A DNA stretch of 64,000 nucleotides from an uncultured Caldilineales bacterium (GTDB taxonomy: Bacteria > Chloroflexota > Anaerolineae > JAAEKA01), in assembly GCA_937907455.1 (NCBI GenBank), contig CALESQ010000111.1, forward strand, positions 21,454 to 85,453. The letters are read 5' to 3'. Of the stretch, positions 44,680 to 54,069 are shown piece by piece. The translations under genes were made by a program, and so were the position numbers. Numbering within the stretch: position 1 is the first letter of the stretch; every line of letters starts with the position of its first letter. A model generated the notes under the pieces. The model was not told the origin of the DNA, searched no databases, and saw only the letters and a program-made list of their open reading frames with translations.

Positions 44680-45363
44680 ATGATCAAGCTGACCCACGCT
44701 TCGCGCGGCTCCGAGTTGTACCAAGTCGTTTCTGATTACGTGCGCGAGCGCCACTACCTGCACACCATGCCCGATCCGCGGGCAACGCCTGAGACGTTTA
44801 TTGTTTGGTTGCCGTCCGGCCTGGCCGGCGTCCTGGTCTTCAGCCGCCCGGAGGCCACCCGCTGCGCTGATTGGTACGGCAGTGTTGACGATGCAGCCGC
44901 CGGCCGCTGCGACTCCACGCGCTGGCAGGTTCTCAACCTGGCCCGCGTTTGGATCGCGCCGCGCTACCAGGCCGGTGGGGAATTGTATGAGCCTGCGCAT
45001 GTACCCGGCTACACCGACCGGCGCGGTCGCTTCCGCTCAACGCTGGCCAGCGCAATTCTGCGCACCGCCATCGACCACATCGGCTATGAGTACCTGCTTT
45101 TGCGCCCGCCCTGCTTTCTGGAGGAGCCGTACCGCATCCGTTGGCTGCTGTCCTACTGCGACACTCGCCTGCATCGCGGCGTGATTTATGCCGCTGCCGG
45201 CTTTGAACTTTACAAGACCAACCCCAAAGGCATCCAGACCTGGCGCATTCGCCTGCCCGACCTAACTGCTCAGCAGGATGCCGCCATTCGCCTGGCCGCT
45301 GAGCGCCACCCCCGGTCTATCGCCTACCGCGGCCAGCGCGCGCAGATGGCGCTAGGAATCTGA
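44680..45363 (+). CDS. hypothetical protein (227 aa); possibly GNAT-fold / Mom-like (very tentative)
   Basis: ATG 44680 after GGAGACGG; motifs ERHYLH, RVWIAP, HRGVIYAAAGFE. Confidence 0.5.
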   Translation: MIKLTHASRGSELYQVVSDYVRERHYLHTMPDPRATPETFIVWLPSGLAGVLVFSRPEATRCADWYGSVDDAAAGRCDSTRWQVLNLARVWIAPRYQAGGELYEPAHVPGYTDRRGRFRSTLASAILRTAIDHIGYEYLLLRPPCFLEEPYRIRWLLSYCDTRLHRGVIYAAAGFELYKTNPKGIQTWRIRLPDLTAQQDAAIRLAAERHPRSIAYRGQRAQMALGI

Positions 45364-45657
45364 TTGCGTGGCCAGCTCTATGATGCGCTTCACTACCGCC
45401 CGCCATTGCTCCGGCACTGCATCCAGGTCTAGCGGCCGGCCCGGATCATCGGTTATCCCGTACAGAAAATCGGTAGTCGTCTCGCAGGCCAGAGCGATAG
45501 CCGGGGCATATTTGCCCAGCCCCTGGCGGCCTGTCTCGATGTCGGAGATGGTTATGGGCCGGTGGCTGAGGCCGACCCGCTCGGCGAGCTGAACCTGCGT
45601 CAGGCCGGCCCGCTCTCGGACAATCCGAACCCGCTGGGCGGTGATAGGTAGCGACAT
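45352..45657 (-). CDS. XRE-family (CI/Cro-like) HTH transcriptional repressor
   Basis: rc ATG 45655-45657 after AGGAAG; RVRIVRERAGLTQVQLAERVGLSHRPITISDIETG. Confidence 0.75.
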   Translation of the reverse strand: MSLPITAQRVRIVRERAGLTQVQLAERVGLSHRPITISDIETGRQGLGKYAPAIALACETTTDFLYGITDDPGRPLDLDAVPEQWRAVVKRIIELATQSDS

Positions 45658-45681
45658 TTTCAACTTCCTGTAAGTCGGGAC

Positions 45682-45710
45682 TTGACAAGATAGCGTTTTG
45701 GGTGTATTAT
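45682..45710 (+). promoter_or_regulatory. promoter TTGACA-N17-TATTAT within divergent repressor/early switch region
   Basis: TTGACA 45682-45687, TATTAT 45705-45710; minus-strand TATAAT overlaps. Confidence 0.6.
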
Positions 45711-45785
45711 ACCAACAACGGCAAACGAAAGCCCCGGCAGGTGTTAGCAGCACCTCCAGGGGCGTGATCGCAACAGGAGTGCGAT

Positions 45786-46058
45786 ATGACCAGTCTATCA
45801 GAAAACCGTAGTTCTGTCAATGAGCAATTTCAACCCGGCGCCCCGGTCTTCCTTCGCCGCCCCCAGCCTCGCCAGTTCAGCCAGGCCGGGCGCGTTGTCG
45901 CGGCCTGGGACACTGGCATCAGCGCCGCCGGCATCGTGGCCTGCATCACCAGCGCGGCCGGCCAGATGTTCGTCCGGGTCACGCCCGACCCCGCCGCCGG
46001 CTTTGGCGAATTTGCATTTTTTGCGCATGAACTGCGATTGGTCGAGGTGGTGCAATGA
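45786..46058 (+). CDS. hypothetical protein (90 aa), first gene divergent from repressor
   Basis: ORF track; AGGAGTG RBS. Confidence 0.55.
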   Translation: MTSLSENRSSVNEQFQPGAPVFLRRPQPRQFSQAGRVVAAWDTGISAAGIVACITSAAGQMFVRVTPDPAAGFGEFAFFAHELRLVEVVQ

Positions 46059-46348
46059 CCTCCGATGAGTTCACCACTTTACAGCGGGCGCGCGCCGAGC
46101 AGTACGCCCCAGCCGAAGCGGTTTCCGAGCAAGAGTTTGTCAGCCTGGCCGGCTGCTACCCCATCGACGTACTGCGCCTGGCCAGCGTGCGCTACTCGCC
46201 GGCGCGCGGCCGCAACCACGAACAGGTGCTGGCGCGCTTCACCGCCTTTCTGGAGAACGAGCACGTCAACCGGGGCGACGACTTCCGGCTGGCCCTTGGC
46301 CACATCGAGGCCACATACCGCTGGATGGTCGAGCGAGGGTTGCAATGA
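46055..46348 (+). CDS. hypothetical protein (97 aa)
   Basis: ORF track. Confidence 0.55.
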   Translation: MTSDEFTTLQRARAEQYAPAEAVSEQEFVSLAGCYPIDVLRLASVRYSPARGRNHEQVLARFTAFLENEHVNRGDDFRLALGHIEATYRWMVERGLQ

Positions 46349-46845
46349 GCCGCTACCGCCCGCCCGCCAAAGAGGACCCGAACGCCTGGATGCTGGCCGA
46401 CATCGACAAGTACCTGGCGCCGACCGACCCGCACAGCGCCAGCTACGTCCCGCAGTCCCGCTACCTGGGCGGTGACTACCGGCAGATCAAGGCCGCCGAG
46501 CTGGACCGCTTCCCCGGCCGCGTCACCCGCATCGACCTGGTGACGACTGAGCACGGACCAGTCAAGCGTTGCTGGCGGGCCGGCTGGATGCCCGGCGACA
46601 AGGCGCTGACCCAGGACGTGGGTCGGCTGGCTGCCGGCTGGACCGTCGAGAGCGCTGCCGACAAGCTGGTCGCCGACGGCTGGACCGTCCGGCGTTGGCC
46701 CGGCGGCGCCAGAGCCTGGCGCATCGCCGCCCGTCCGGTGCGCACTGGAGAATGGGCTGCTCGCTTTCGCGACCGCCTGCTGGCCAACCCGCCGGCAGAG
46801 CTGGCTGGACGGGTAGGCAGCTTCGACAAGTACCTGGGTTTGTAA
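46345..46845 (+). CDS. hypothetical protein (166 aa)
   Basis: ORF track. Confidence 0.55.
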   Translation: MSRYRPPAKEDPNAWMLADIDKYLAPTDPHSASYVPQSRYLGGDYRQIKAAELDRFPGRVTRIDLVTTEHGPVKRCWRAGWMPGDKALTQDVGRLAAGWTVESAADKLVADGWTVRRWPGGARAWRIAARPVRTGEWAARFRDRLLANPPAELAGRVGSFDKYLGL

Positions 46846-46866
46846 ATCCGCAAATTTTGCGGATTT
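46844..46866. promoter_or_regulatory. palindromic operator-like site copy 5
   Basis: aaatccgcaaattttgcggattt immediately before CAAGGAGACC RBS of 46891 gene. Confidence 0.6.
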
Positions 46867-46890
46867 GCCCACCGACAAGGAGACCCACCC

Positions 46891-47790
46891 ATGACTACCG
46901 ACAACGCCCCAGACTGGGCATTCCTGGCCCAAACGATAGCCAGTATTGACGTTTCGCTCAAGACCATTGCCGACTACGTGCAGCTCTTGCACATCGAGAA
47001 GACCGGCGAGAAAACCTGGGAAGTTCAGCGCTTCGTCGTCGGAGCAGACGGAGAGGACCAGCCGTGCGTGTGGCTCTACGCGACGCACCCCGGCATCGAG
47101 TTCGCCGTCACCCGCATCTACCACGAGCGCATTGCCGACCTGCCCCTGACCATACCCGCCAACGCCAAGGTCTGGGATGGCGAGGTAGCACCTAGCGCAG
47201 AGGCCGCCGCCAAGAAGGGCTACTTCTACGTGGCGCCGGCACCGTTCACTATTAGCCTTATGCCGACCGGCAAGAAGACCGACGCCGGCCAGGACATCCG
47301 CCGCTTCAGCCGGGTTCTCTCGGTAGGAGAGCCTTCCCGCAACCCGGCCGGCAAGGCACCGGCGCAGCCGGCCAGCAACCGGGCCGCCAAGGATGAAGAG
47401 GACGCGGCGCACGCCGCGTACCTGGCCGGCCAGCGCCCGCCGGCCCCTCCTGCCACCAGCGAGGAACCTTCGCCTTGGTCCGCTGAGGCCGAGTTCGAGC
47501 ATCTCCCCTCTGCCGCGCAAGCCCCGGCCCAGGCCCACGCGCTGGCCCAGGCTGCTGCCAGTCGGCCCGCACCGACCCCCGCCGGCGAGTTGCCCTTCAA
47601 GGACCAAGGGACCGCTGTCAAGTGGGCGGTCGGTTTTGCCCACTACCAGAAAAAGGACGGTAGCCCTGACTTCCCGCACGCAGTAGGATCGCACGCAGAT
47701 TTGTGCAAGCGACTGGGCTGCAACGACAAGGCCCTGGACCGCTGGGGCCAGGCGTGGCTGAAACACGTCCAGGAGCGCGCCGGTAACTAA
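46891..47790 (+). CDS. hypothetical protein (299 aa) with Ala/Pro-rich central linker
   Basis: ORF track. Confidence 0.6.
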   Translation: MTTDNAPDWAFLAQTIASIDVSLKTIADYVQLLHIEKTGEKTWEVQRFVVGADGEDQPCVWLYATHPGIEFAVTRIYHERIADLPLTIPANAKVWDGEVAPSAEAAAKKGYFYVAPAPFTISLMPTGKKTDAGQDIRRFSRVLSVGEPSRNPAGKAPAQPASNRAAKDEEDAAHAAYLAGQRPPAPPATSEEPSPWSAEAEFEHLPSAAQAPAQAHALAQAAASRPAPTPAGELPFKDQGTAVKWAVGFAHYQKKDGSPDFPHAVGSHADLCKRLGCNDKALDRWGQAWLKHVQERAGN

Positions 47791-47925
47791 CACCCCACCG
47801 CTGCCCCGTTCGTGACGCCGTGCCGACACAGCACGTAGCAAACGGGCCGACCCGTAGCCGGAAACAAGCCCCGGCCTGTCGTAAGACAGCATCAAGCGGC
47901 TGGGCGGCGGTGAGAAGGAGATGAA

Positions 47926-48234
47926 ATGATGGATAGCATAACAAAAATGGTCGGCGTAATCGAGACAGCGCTGCTAAACATCGAGGAGATCACTCAGCCA
48001 TCACCGATTGATATGCTCTACGCTTTGCAGGATCGCCTCGAAGCTGCCCGCGCAGAAGTTGAGGAGGTTCATCGATACCTCGATGAGTGCTTCGTCAACG
48101 ACCCCGACGAGGGACGCGCCGTGCCGCTGATTGATCGAGTGGTGCTACTGGTGAGCCAGATCGCCAGGGACAACGGCGAAGCGGCGTCATTGGCTATGCC
48201 TGAAACTGGCATAGAAAAAACGGAGATGTCGTGA
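47926..48234 (+). CDS. hypothetical protein (102 aa), lower GC
   Basis: ORF track; GAAGGAG RBS. Confidence 0.55.
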   Translation: MMDSITKMVGVIETALLNIEEITQPSPIDMLYALQDRLEAARAEVEEVHRYLDECFVNDPDEGRAVPLIDRVVLLVSQIARDNGEAASLAMPETGIEKTEMS

Positions 48235-48500
48235 TGATTGTTACGCTGGAAACAGACAATGGTCCCGTTACGATGGATGCCGTCTGCATCAGTCGCTGCG
48301 TGCAGCGCAACGGCAGAACCCCCGCTGGCCTACTGACAACCGTGATTGAGGTTTGGCGTGATGCAAGTGGTCAGGAATGGGAGTACACAGAGAACTTCAT
48401 TCAACCGCCAATGCCGTTTGCGTTTTTGGCGCTGATCGAGAAATCTTCACGAGCGCAGGATGCGCAGCACGAAACGGCGATTGTCGAGGTGTTGCGGTGA
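48231..48500 (+). CDS. hypothetical protein (89 aa)
   Basis: ORF track. Confidence 0.5.
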   Translation: MMIVTLETDNGPVTMDAVCISRCVQRNGRTPAGLLTTVIEVWRDASGQEWEYTENFIQPPMPFAFLALIEKSSRAQDAQHETAIVEVLR

Positions 48501-48883
48501 CTACGAAACCACGACTCGTACATTTCGCGTTGGCTGCCTTGGTACTGCTGTCCATGTGCGGCGCATCAATGGCCATCGGGTATATCGCTGACATTGGGCA
48601 TGGTCGCATCAGCCCTGGCGAAATCGAGCGCATCGTCGAGGAACTGGAGCCAGCGGCTGATGGTTCGCAAGTCGTTGTCCAGATTGCCACTGGAATTGGC
48701 ATCAAACAGGATGCCCAGCCGGCTATGACTGTCACCAGTACGCGCACTACCGTGGAGCGGGCTGAACCTGTCAAAAACAACTGGCTGCTAGCGCTGGCTA
48801 CGGCGCTGGCGTGTTTGATGGTGCTGGCCGGCGTGGCGGCGGCTAACAGTCTACCAGATTGGCCGTTTGGCGGCAGGAAGTAA
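48497..48883 (+). CDS. membrane protein (two TM segments)
   Basis: GTG 48497 (GTGA overlap); frame of ORF 48377..48883. Confidence 0.45.
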   Translation: MTTKPRLVHFALAALVLLSMCGASMAIGYIADIGHGRISPGEIERIVEELEPAADGSQVVVQIATGIGIKQDAQPAMTVTSTRTTVERAEPVKNNWLLALATALACLMVLAGVAAANSLPDWPFGGRK

Positions 48884-48946
48884 CGCCATAACCAGCATCT
48901 GCTTCAACACCGCCGCACCTGACAGCTGGAGAGCAGGAAGATTTCG

Positions 48947-50572
48947 GTGAAACGACTGGCCCTCCCCTTGACAATAGTCGCCGCCGGTTTGGCCGCGGCT
49001 TTTGTCGTAGGAAGTCTCGAACTCGTTGACCGCATCGACAGAGCGGTTGACCGGCGCTTCGGCGACTGGCTCTACGTAGCCGTCGTCGTGGTGCTGTTTG
49101 TCGCGTTCGCCGTCGTCGTCCTGAGCATCGCCGCAGCCGTTGCCGGTCGCGCGCTGGCCTGGTCTCGCCAAATCTCCCCCAACCGGCACGGCCTGTTTGC
49201 AATCTTCTTCCACCGCGGCCAGCCGCTCAATTTCAACGAGCCGGGCGCGCAATCCCTGTCGGCCCTATCGGCCCACAAGCGCCCCACCGCGCCGCTGGCC
49301 CAGCGCGTCATCGAGGCCAACTACCGCCTGCAACGGCCGGCCAACCTGCCTGAGCTGGCGCCCCCGCCTGACGCCCCGCCAGAGATCGACTACGCCGCGT
49401 CGCTGCCGCGCGAGGTCTCACTCTACTCGGCCCCCCTGCCGCGCGAGTTGTCGCTGCCGGTCGGTGTGGACGCCGCCGGCCGTCAGGTGGCCATCCCGCT
49501 GCGCAACCTGGGCAACGTTCTGATCGGCGGCCGGCCCGGCGGCGGCAAGTCCGAGCTGCTGGCCGGTTTCGTCGCCGGCCTGGCCCGCCAGGACGCCACC
49601 GGCGTGCGCGTCCAGATCGCCGTGGCCGACATGAAGCTGGTCTCGTTCGGGAACATTCCGCCCGACCTGTCGCTGCTGCGCTGGCCGGTCGCGGTGGACA
49701 TGGCGCCGGCGCAGGAGTTGATCGAGCAGGTGCTGGAGGAAGTGCGCCGGCGCTACGCCCTGCTCCAGCAAGCCGGCGTGCGCTCCCTGGACGGCTACAT
49801 CCAGCGCACCGGCGAGCCGCTGCCCCACCTAGTGACGATCATCGACGAGATTGCCGACCTGAGCGCGTCGCGCATCAGCCGGGCCTCGTTTGTGGAGGTC
49901 GCCAGCGAGATCGCCCGCAAGGGTCGCGCCGCCGGCGTCACCCTGGTCATGGCCACCCAGCGCCCCTCCTCCGACACGCTGCCGGCCGACCTGCGCAACC
50001 TGGAAGGCGTGGCCGTCGCGTTCGCCGTCGAGCGCCCAGAGGACAGCCGCCTGATCCTGGGCCGGCGCGGCGCGGAGATGCTGCCCGCCATCCCCGGCCG
50101 CTGCCTGGTGCGCATGGAGCGCGCCGTCGTCGCGCAAGCCTACCTGGCCGGCCTGGACGAAGCCGGCGGCCACTCCTCCTTCGACGCCTTCCTGGCCGGC
50201 CTGCCGCGCGCCGATGCGGTGCTGACGCCTGTACCGGCCCGTACCAGCATACCGATGCCCGCGCCGGCCCCGATACCGGCCCAAAACACGCCCAGCGCCG
50301 GTATACCGGCGTCTGTACCGCCGTTTCGTACCGATGAGCCAGAGGCTCCCTACACGCCGGAGCAGATCGCTCACATCGTCCGGTTGTATCGCGAGAGCGT
50401 CTCTGATCGTTACCCGAAAGGCAGCCTGAAGGCAGTTCAGCGGGCCATCTACCCCGACCAAGCGACTGGCGGCCACTGGTGGTATCGCATTCGCGATACA
50501 GTGCGCGAGGCGGGATATGACACCGCCCTGCCCACCACTCCCCGCCGGCACCGGCGCGTCGCGCGACAGTAG
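48947..50572 (+). CDS. FtsK/SpoIIIE-family DNA translocase-like ATPase with N-terminal TM segments (TraB-like)
   Basis: Walker A GGRPGGGKSELL; Walker B TIIDEIADL; MATQRPS; 541 aa. Confidence 0.75.
   Translation: MKRLALPLTIVAAGLAAAFVVGSLELVDRIDRAVDRRFGDWLYVAVVVVLFVAFAVVVLSIAAAVAGRALAWSRQISPNRHGLFAIFFHRGQPLNFNEPGAQSLSALSAHKRPTAPLAQRVIEANYRLQRPANLPELAPPPDAPPEIDYAASLPREVSLYSAPLPRELSLPVGVDAAGRQVAIPLRNLGNVLIGGRPGGGKSELLAGFVAGLARQDATGVRVQIAVADMKLVSFGNIPPDLSLLRWPVAVDMAPAQELIEQVLEEVRRRYALLQQAGVRSLDGYIQRTGEPLPHLVTIIDEIADLSASRISRASFVEVASEIARKGRAAGVTLVMATQRPSSDTLPADLRNLEGVAVAFAVERPEDSRLILGRRGAEMLPAIPGRCLVRMERAVVAQAYLAGLDEAGGHSSFDAFLAGLPRADAVLTPVPARTSIPMPAPAPIPAQNTPSAGIPASVPPFRTDEPEAPYTPEQIAHIVRLYRESVSDRYPKGSLKAVQRAIYPDQATGGHWWYRIRDTVREAGYDTALPTTPRRHRRVARQ
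50490..50570 (+). repeat. 81-bp direct repeat copy 1 (3' end of the ftsK-like gene)
   Basis: identical to 52382-52462. Confidence 0.85.
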
Positions 50573-50634
50573 CCGCGCCGCCCTGGACAGCCCTCCTCGC
50601 CGCGCGCCAGGCCGTTGACCGTTGGCAGGAGGAG

Positions 50635-50970
50635 TTGCAGCGCATCTATCCAGTCGTGCAGCGCTGGGACGTGCTGTACTACCGCAAGCACCCCTGCCAC
50701 ATCCTGCGCGCCAGCCGGCGCGATCCGCTGGCCTTTGACTACACCGGCATGGACGAGTCCAAGGTCATCGCACAGGCTGCGCGTATCGAGGACTATGCCG
50801 TGCTGGGCGATTTCTGCATGGGCCAGGGGCTGGTCGGCTTGGCCGCCTGGGATGCCGGCAACCCCTTTGTTGGCACGGAACTCAACCCGCGCCGCCTGGC
50901 CGTGCTGTTGCAGAAGCTGGCAAAACGAGGCGCACCCGTTGGGCACGAATCGGTCGATGTTGATACTTGA
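50635..50970 (+). CDS. hypothetical protein (111 aa)
   Basis: ORF track; its 3' end overlaps the promoter cassette. Confidence 0.4.
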   Translation: MQRIYPVVQRWDVLYYRKHPCHILRASRRDPLAFDYTGMDESKVIAQAARIEDYAVLGDFCMGQGLVGLAAWDAGNPFVGTELNPRRLAVLLQKLAKRGAPVGHESVDVDT

Positions 50971-50995
50971 CAAGTTTTGATTATAGGTGTATAAT
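50967..50995 (+). promoter_or_regulatory. conserved promoter cassette copy 5
   Basis: TTGACA 50967-50972, TATAAT 50990-50995, ACTCTTGACGGTAGAGATTAAACACCC. Confidence 0.7.
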
Positions 50996-51056
50996 ACTCT
51001 TGACGGTAGAGATTAAACACCCACCGGGCCACGGCCCACAGCACAAGGAGAACATC

Positions 51057-51308
51057 ATGGAAGCGCACTCGATCAAGGCAATAGCGGAATATCTAGTTAC
51101 TACGCAGTCTTCGGTTGAGGAAGCCATGCACGACTTTTGGAGTATTGACTTTTTGAATGACGTGAAGTTGGTATTTGGCCGGCACGCCGGTCAATACCTG
51201 AGCACGGTGCCGGGAAGATACCAAACGTGGATAGCCGACGAGGTTGCAAAATGGCTCTCTACGCACTCTGTGCATGGAGTGTCAATGAAGGTCAAGATCA
51301 ACGTCTAG
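51057..51308 (+). CDS. hypothetical protein (83 aa)
   Basis: ATG 51057 after CACAAGGAGAAC. Confidence 0.5.
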   Translation: MEAHSIKAIAEYLVTTQSSVEEAMHDFWSIDFLNDVKLVFGRHAGQYLSTVPGRYQTWIADEVAKWLSTHSVHGVSMKVKINV

Positions 51309-51366
51309 CACCCCACCCACCGGGCCGGGACTGACACCGGCCCACAGCAACAAGGAGCACAAGATC

Positions 51367-51672
51367 ATGTTCAAGAAGTTGTCGATGCGGCGTGAGCGAG
51401 AGTTCGCGGCGAACAAGGACACGTTCGCGACGCCTTCTAACCAGTACGCGGAATGCCGCGGGGTAGTCCCGTGGCAAGTTGACATCTTTGTAAAGTTGGC
51501 CGTGCGGCTGCGCGGCCACAAAAAGATTGCCGTTTTTCTTCTAGAAATGGCTTGGTTGTCCGCGTGGGTCATCGGCCCGCCAGAGGATACGAAGGAGTGG
51601 CGCTCGCGCCACCCGATGACCATCCCCCGTCCGCTGGCCTGGGTCGTTTTCCGTGTAGGCAAAGGGACGTAG
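51367..51672 (+). CDS. hypothetical protein (101 aa)
   Basis: ORF track; CAAGGAGCAC RBS. Confidence 0.5.
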   Translation: MFKKLSMRREREFAANKDTFATPSNQYAECRGVVPWQVDIFVKLAVRLRGHKKIAVFLLEMAWLSAWVIGPPEDTKEWRSRHPMTIPRPLAWVVFRVGKGT

Positions 51673-51838
51673 CCGGTTCGCAACAGCTAACCCCCCACCC
51701 ACCGGGCCGGCTCTGCGCAAGCATCTGACTGGTCTGAGCGCCGAGCCAAGGCATTGGCTCGGCGCCGAAGCGACTGGGCGCAGCCCGATTGGGTGTTAGG
51801 CCCTGAAGGGCAGAAGCGTTACTAGAAGGAGATGAACC

Positions 51839-52333
51839 ATGAAGGCAATTATTATCGGCAGACACGCCGGAGAAGTTCCCGGCATTGAAGTTTTCGAGAC
51901 CCGCGCCGTGACCTTCCCCGCCACGGCAACGGAGTGCCGTCCTGTCATTGAAAATCTGATCGCAGAGGCAAAAGCGCAGGGCGCTGCTGTCCTGTTCCAG
52001 AACACGCCCGGCCAAGTAGCCGTGGCGCTGGCGCAGATCGCCGTCAATCATGCATCACATTATCATGCGCTCTCTATGGAACCGCCGCCGATGGGTGTTG
52101 GCGTCGTCATCTCCGTCCCCGGCCCGCGACCGGGAAAGGTGTCGGCCATTTTCACGCTAGACGATCCCATGACGCTGGATCAGGCCAGCGCGCACATGAT
52201 TGCAACTGCACAGGGCATTGCGCGGTTCGCTAACCCCCGCGCCGTAGTTGTCTCCGAAGAGCCGGGCACCGTTACTGTCTCCGTGGATGGCCCGCCGATG
52301 CCATTCGAGTTCAGCCACATCGAGTGGCTGTAG
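51839..52333 (+). CDS. hypothetical protein (164 aa)
   Basis: ORF track; GAAGGAGATGAACC RBS. Confidence 0.55.
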   Translation: MKAIIIGRHAGEVPGIEVFETRAVTFPATATECRPVIENLIAEAKAQGAAVLFQNTPGQVAVALAQIAVNHASHYHALSMEPPPMGVGVVISVPGPRPGKVSAIFTLDDPMTLDQASAHMIATAQGIARFANPRAVVVSEEPGTVTVSVDGPPMPFEFSHIEWL

Positions 52334-52381
52334 CCCACCATCCACCGAGCCGGGACTGCCACCGGCCAGATCGTCACCCGC

Positions 52382-52462
52382 TTCGCGATACAGTGCGCGA
52401 GGCGGGATATGACACCGCCCTGCCCACCACTCCCCGCCGGCACCGGCGCGTCGCGCGACAGT
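52382..52462 (+). repeat. 81-bp direct repeat copy 2 (non-coding remnant of the ftsK-like 3' end)
   Basis: identical to 50490-50570. Confidence 0.85.
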
Positions 52463-52563
52463 GAAGGAAACAACCATGCAAAAACAACTCGCTAACTTCC
52501 TGGTGGCCGGCGCCGCTGCGCTACCGGGAAAACGAGGCGGCGTGAATCGGTCAGTATTGATAC

Positions 52564-52592
52564 TTGACAAGATTTGATTTTGGGTGTATAAT
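52564..52592 (+). promoter_or_regulatory. conserved promoter cassette copy 6
   Basis: TTGACA 52564-52569, TATAAT 52587-52592. Confidence 0.7.
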
Positions 52593-52655
52593 ACTCTTGA
52601 AGGTAGAGATTAAACACCCACCGGGCCACGGCCCACAGCACAAGGAGAAACGACC

Positions 52656-52880
52656 ATGGACTTTTGGAACGACGACAACGACACCACAGCCTGCGATATC
52701 TGCGGGGCCGACACCGGCGACAACATCGGCCAAGGTAGCTACAACGAAGTCACCCAGATGCACAGCTTCTACCTCTGCCCCACCTGCGCCGCAGCCGAAG
52801 CGAAGCGCCAGACCGAGGAAGACGCCGAGAACCAGCGCCGCATTGCAAACTCCATCGCAATGCACATGACGATGGACTGA
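52656..52880 (+). CDS. acidic Cys-containing protein (74 aa)
   Basis: ORF track; CAAGGAGAAACGACC RBS. Confidence 0.55.
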   Translation: MDFWNDDNDTTACDICGADTGDNIGQGSYNEVTQMHSFYLCPTCAAAEAKRQTEEDAENQRRIANSIAMHMTMD

Positions 52881-52948
52881 CACCACCGACACCCCACCCA
52901 CGCACCGGGCCGGGACTGACACCGGCTCGCAGCAACAAGGAGAGGACC

Positions 52949-53230
52949 ATGGACAAGTCGCATTTCCGTATTATGAACACCGTGTTTTACGGTGAAAACT
53001 ACATCAACCTGGACAAGGAGGCAAGGCCCATGTCTAAATTTGAGGTCGAGGTAAACGGGAAAGTTCACCGCTTCATGTTCGCCCCCTCCACCGACGATCC
53101 GGCGGAGGGGGCAACCTTGGTTGGTGTACGATACGCAGGAAGCGTGGACGTGCACCAGCTCTCGCCATCGAAGCACGCAGAGCCTGCGGCGTGGGATGCC
53201 GCCGCAGCGCATTACGGGCTGAAGAGATAG
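52949..53230 (+). CDS. hypothetical protein (93 aa)
   Basis: ORF track; CAAGGAGAGGACC RBS. Confidence 0.5.
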   Translation: MDKSHFRIMNTVFYGENYINLDKEARPMSKFEVEVNGKVHRFMFAPSTDDPAEGATLVGVRYAGSVDVHQLSPSKHAEPAAWDAAAAHYGLKR

Positions 53231-53289
53231 CCACCGGGCCGGGACTGCCACCGGCCAGATCGTCACCCGCAAGAGCCAGCCGCTACGCC

Positions 53290-53484
53290 GTGGGCCTGGT
53301 CCACAAGCAGACCGGCAAGCTGGTCAACGTCAAGTTCACCGCTGGCGCTCCAACGCCCGACTGGCGCGGCGTAGCCACCACGGTGCGCAAAGGCTACGGC
53401 ATCAGCCAGAATGACGCCGACCGCTGGACCGCCGAGGCGCTGGCCGAGCGGGAGAAGTGGAACGTCGAGGTGGTCAAGCTGTAG
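53290..53484 (+). CDS. possible small protein (64 aa); start uncertain
   Basis: GTG 53290 in frame of ORF 53191..53484; no clear RBS. Confidence 0.25.
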   Translation: MGLVHKQTGKLVNVKFTAGAPTPDWRGVATTVRKGYGISQNDADRWTAEALAEREKWNVEVVKL

Positions 53485-53492
53485 GAGTATGG

Positions 53493-53527
53493 CCCGCCAA
53501 ATCCGCAAATTTTGCGGATTTGGCGGG
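53493..53527. promoter_or_regulatory. extended 35-bp perfect palindrome containing operator copy 6
   Basis: CCCGCCAAATCCGCAAATTTTGCGGATTTGGCGGG. Confidence 0.6.
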
Positions 53528-53542
53528 CAAGGAGATGACGCC

Positions 53543-53830
53543 ATGTATCGCATCTACATCAAAGCAAACGACGCACCCACTGACCGCAAGCACCTGGTGG
53601 TGAAAGATTACCACTACCAGTACAGCGCCAACACGGTCAAATACGCGTGGCACTTGGCCGACATACTGGTCGATAACTTCAACGTCCGCAGCATCAAGAG
53701 CGGCAGCGCCGACCGGGCCAGCCTGATGCCCAGAGCGCGGCGAGACGTGGCGCTATCCAAGCTCGTCCCGGCGTCTCCGCACCTGATCGGCCACGCAGGA
53801 GACCGAACAATCGTCGTGGAGAGGATTTGA
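53543..53830 (+). CDS. hypothetical protein (95 aa)
   Basis: ATG 53543 after GGCAAGGAGATGACGCC. Confidence 0.5.
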   Translation: MYRIYIKANDAPTDRKHLVVKDYHYQYSANTVKYAWHLADILVDNFNVRSIKSGSADRASLMPRARRDVALSKLVPASPHLIGHAGDRTIVVERI

Positions 53831-54069
53831 TGAGCACAAAAGACAAGATCGCAGCAATCCTTCGTACAGCCGCCGCCGAACTCGAAGCCCTGGCGCCAGA
53901 AGGCGCAGGCGAGAGCATGGCGCTGATGGACGAAATCGGCTATGACTACCAGAGCGTTCTGGACGAGGACGAGAATTTTCAAAACAGCCAACTGCAACGG
54001 CTAGGCCGCAATCGCTTCAATTGGTTGGTCAACGCGGCCTTGAGCGAGCTTGACAATTTTAGGCCATGA
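53827..54069 (+). CDS. hypothetical acidic protein (80 aa)
   Basis: ORF track. Confidence 0.5.
   Translation: MMSTKDKIAAILRTAAAELEALAPEGAGESMALMDEIGYDYQSVLDEDENFQNSQLQRLGRNRFNWLVNAALSELDNFRP

Noticed and set aside
44680-45363. Calling the 227-aa protein a Mom-family DNA-modification enzyme
   Set aside because: Only weak motif resemblance from memory and no adjacent com. Kept as hypothetical with a tentative note.
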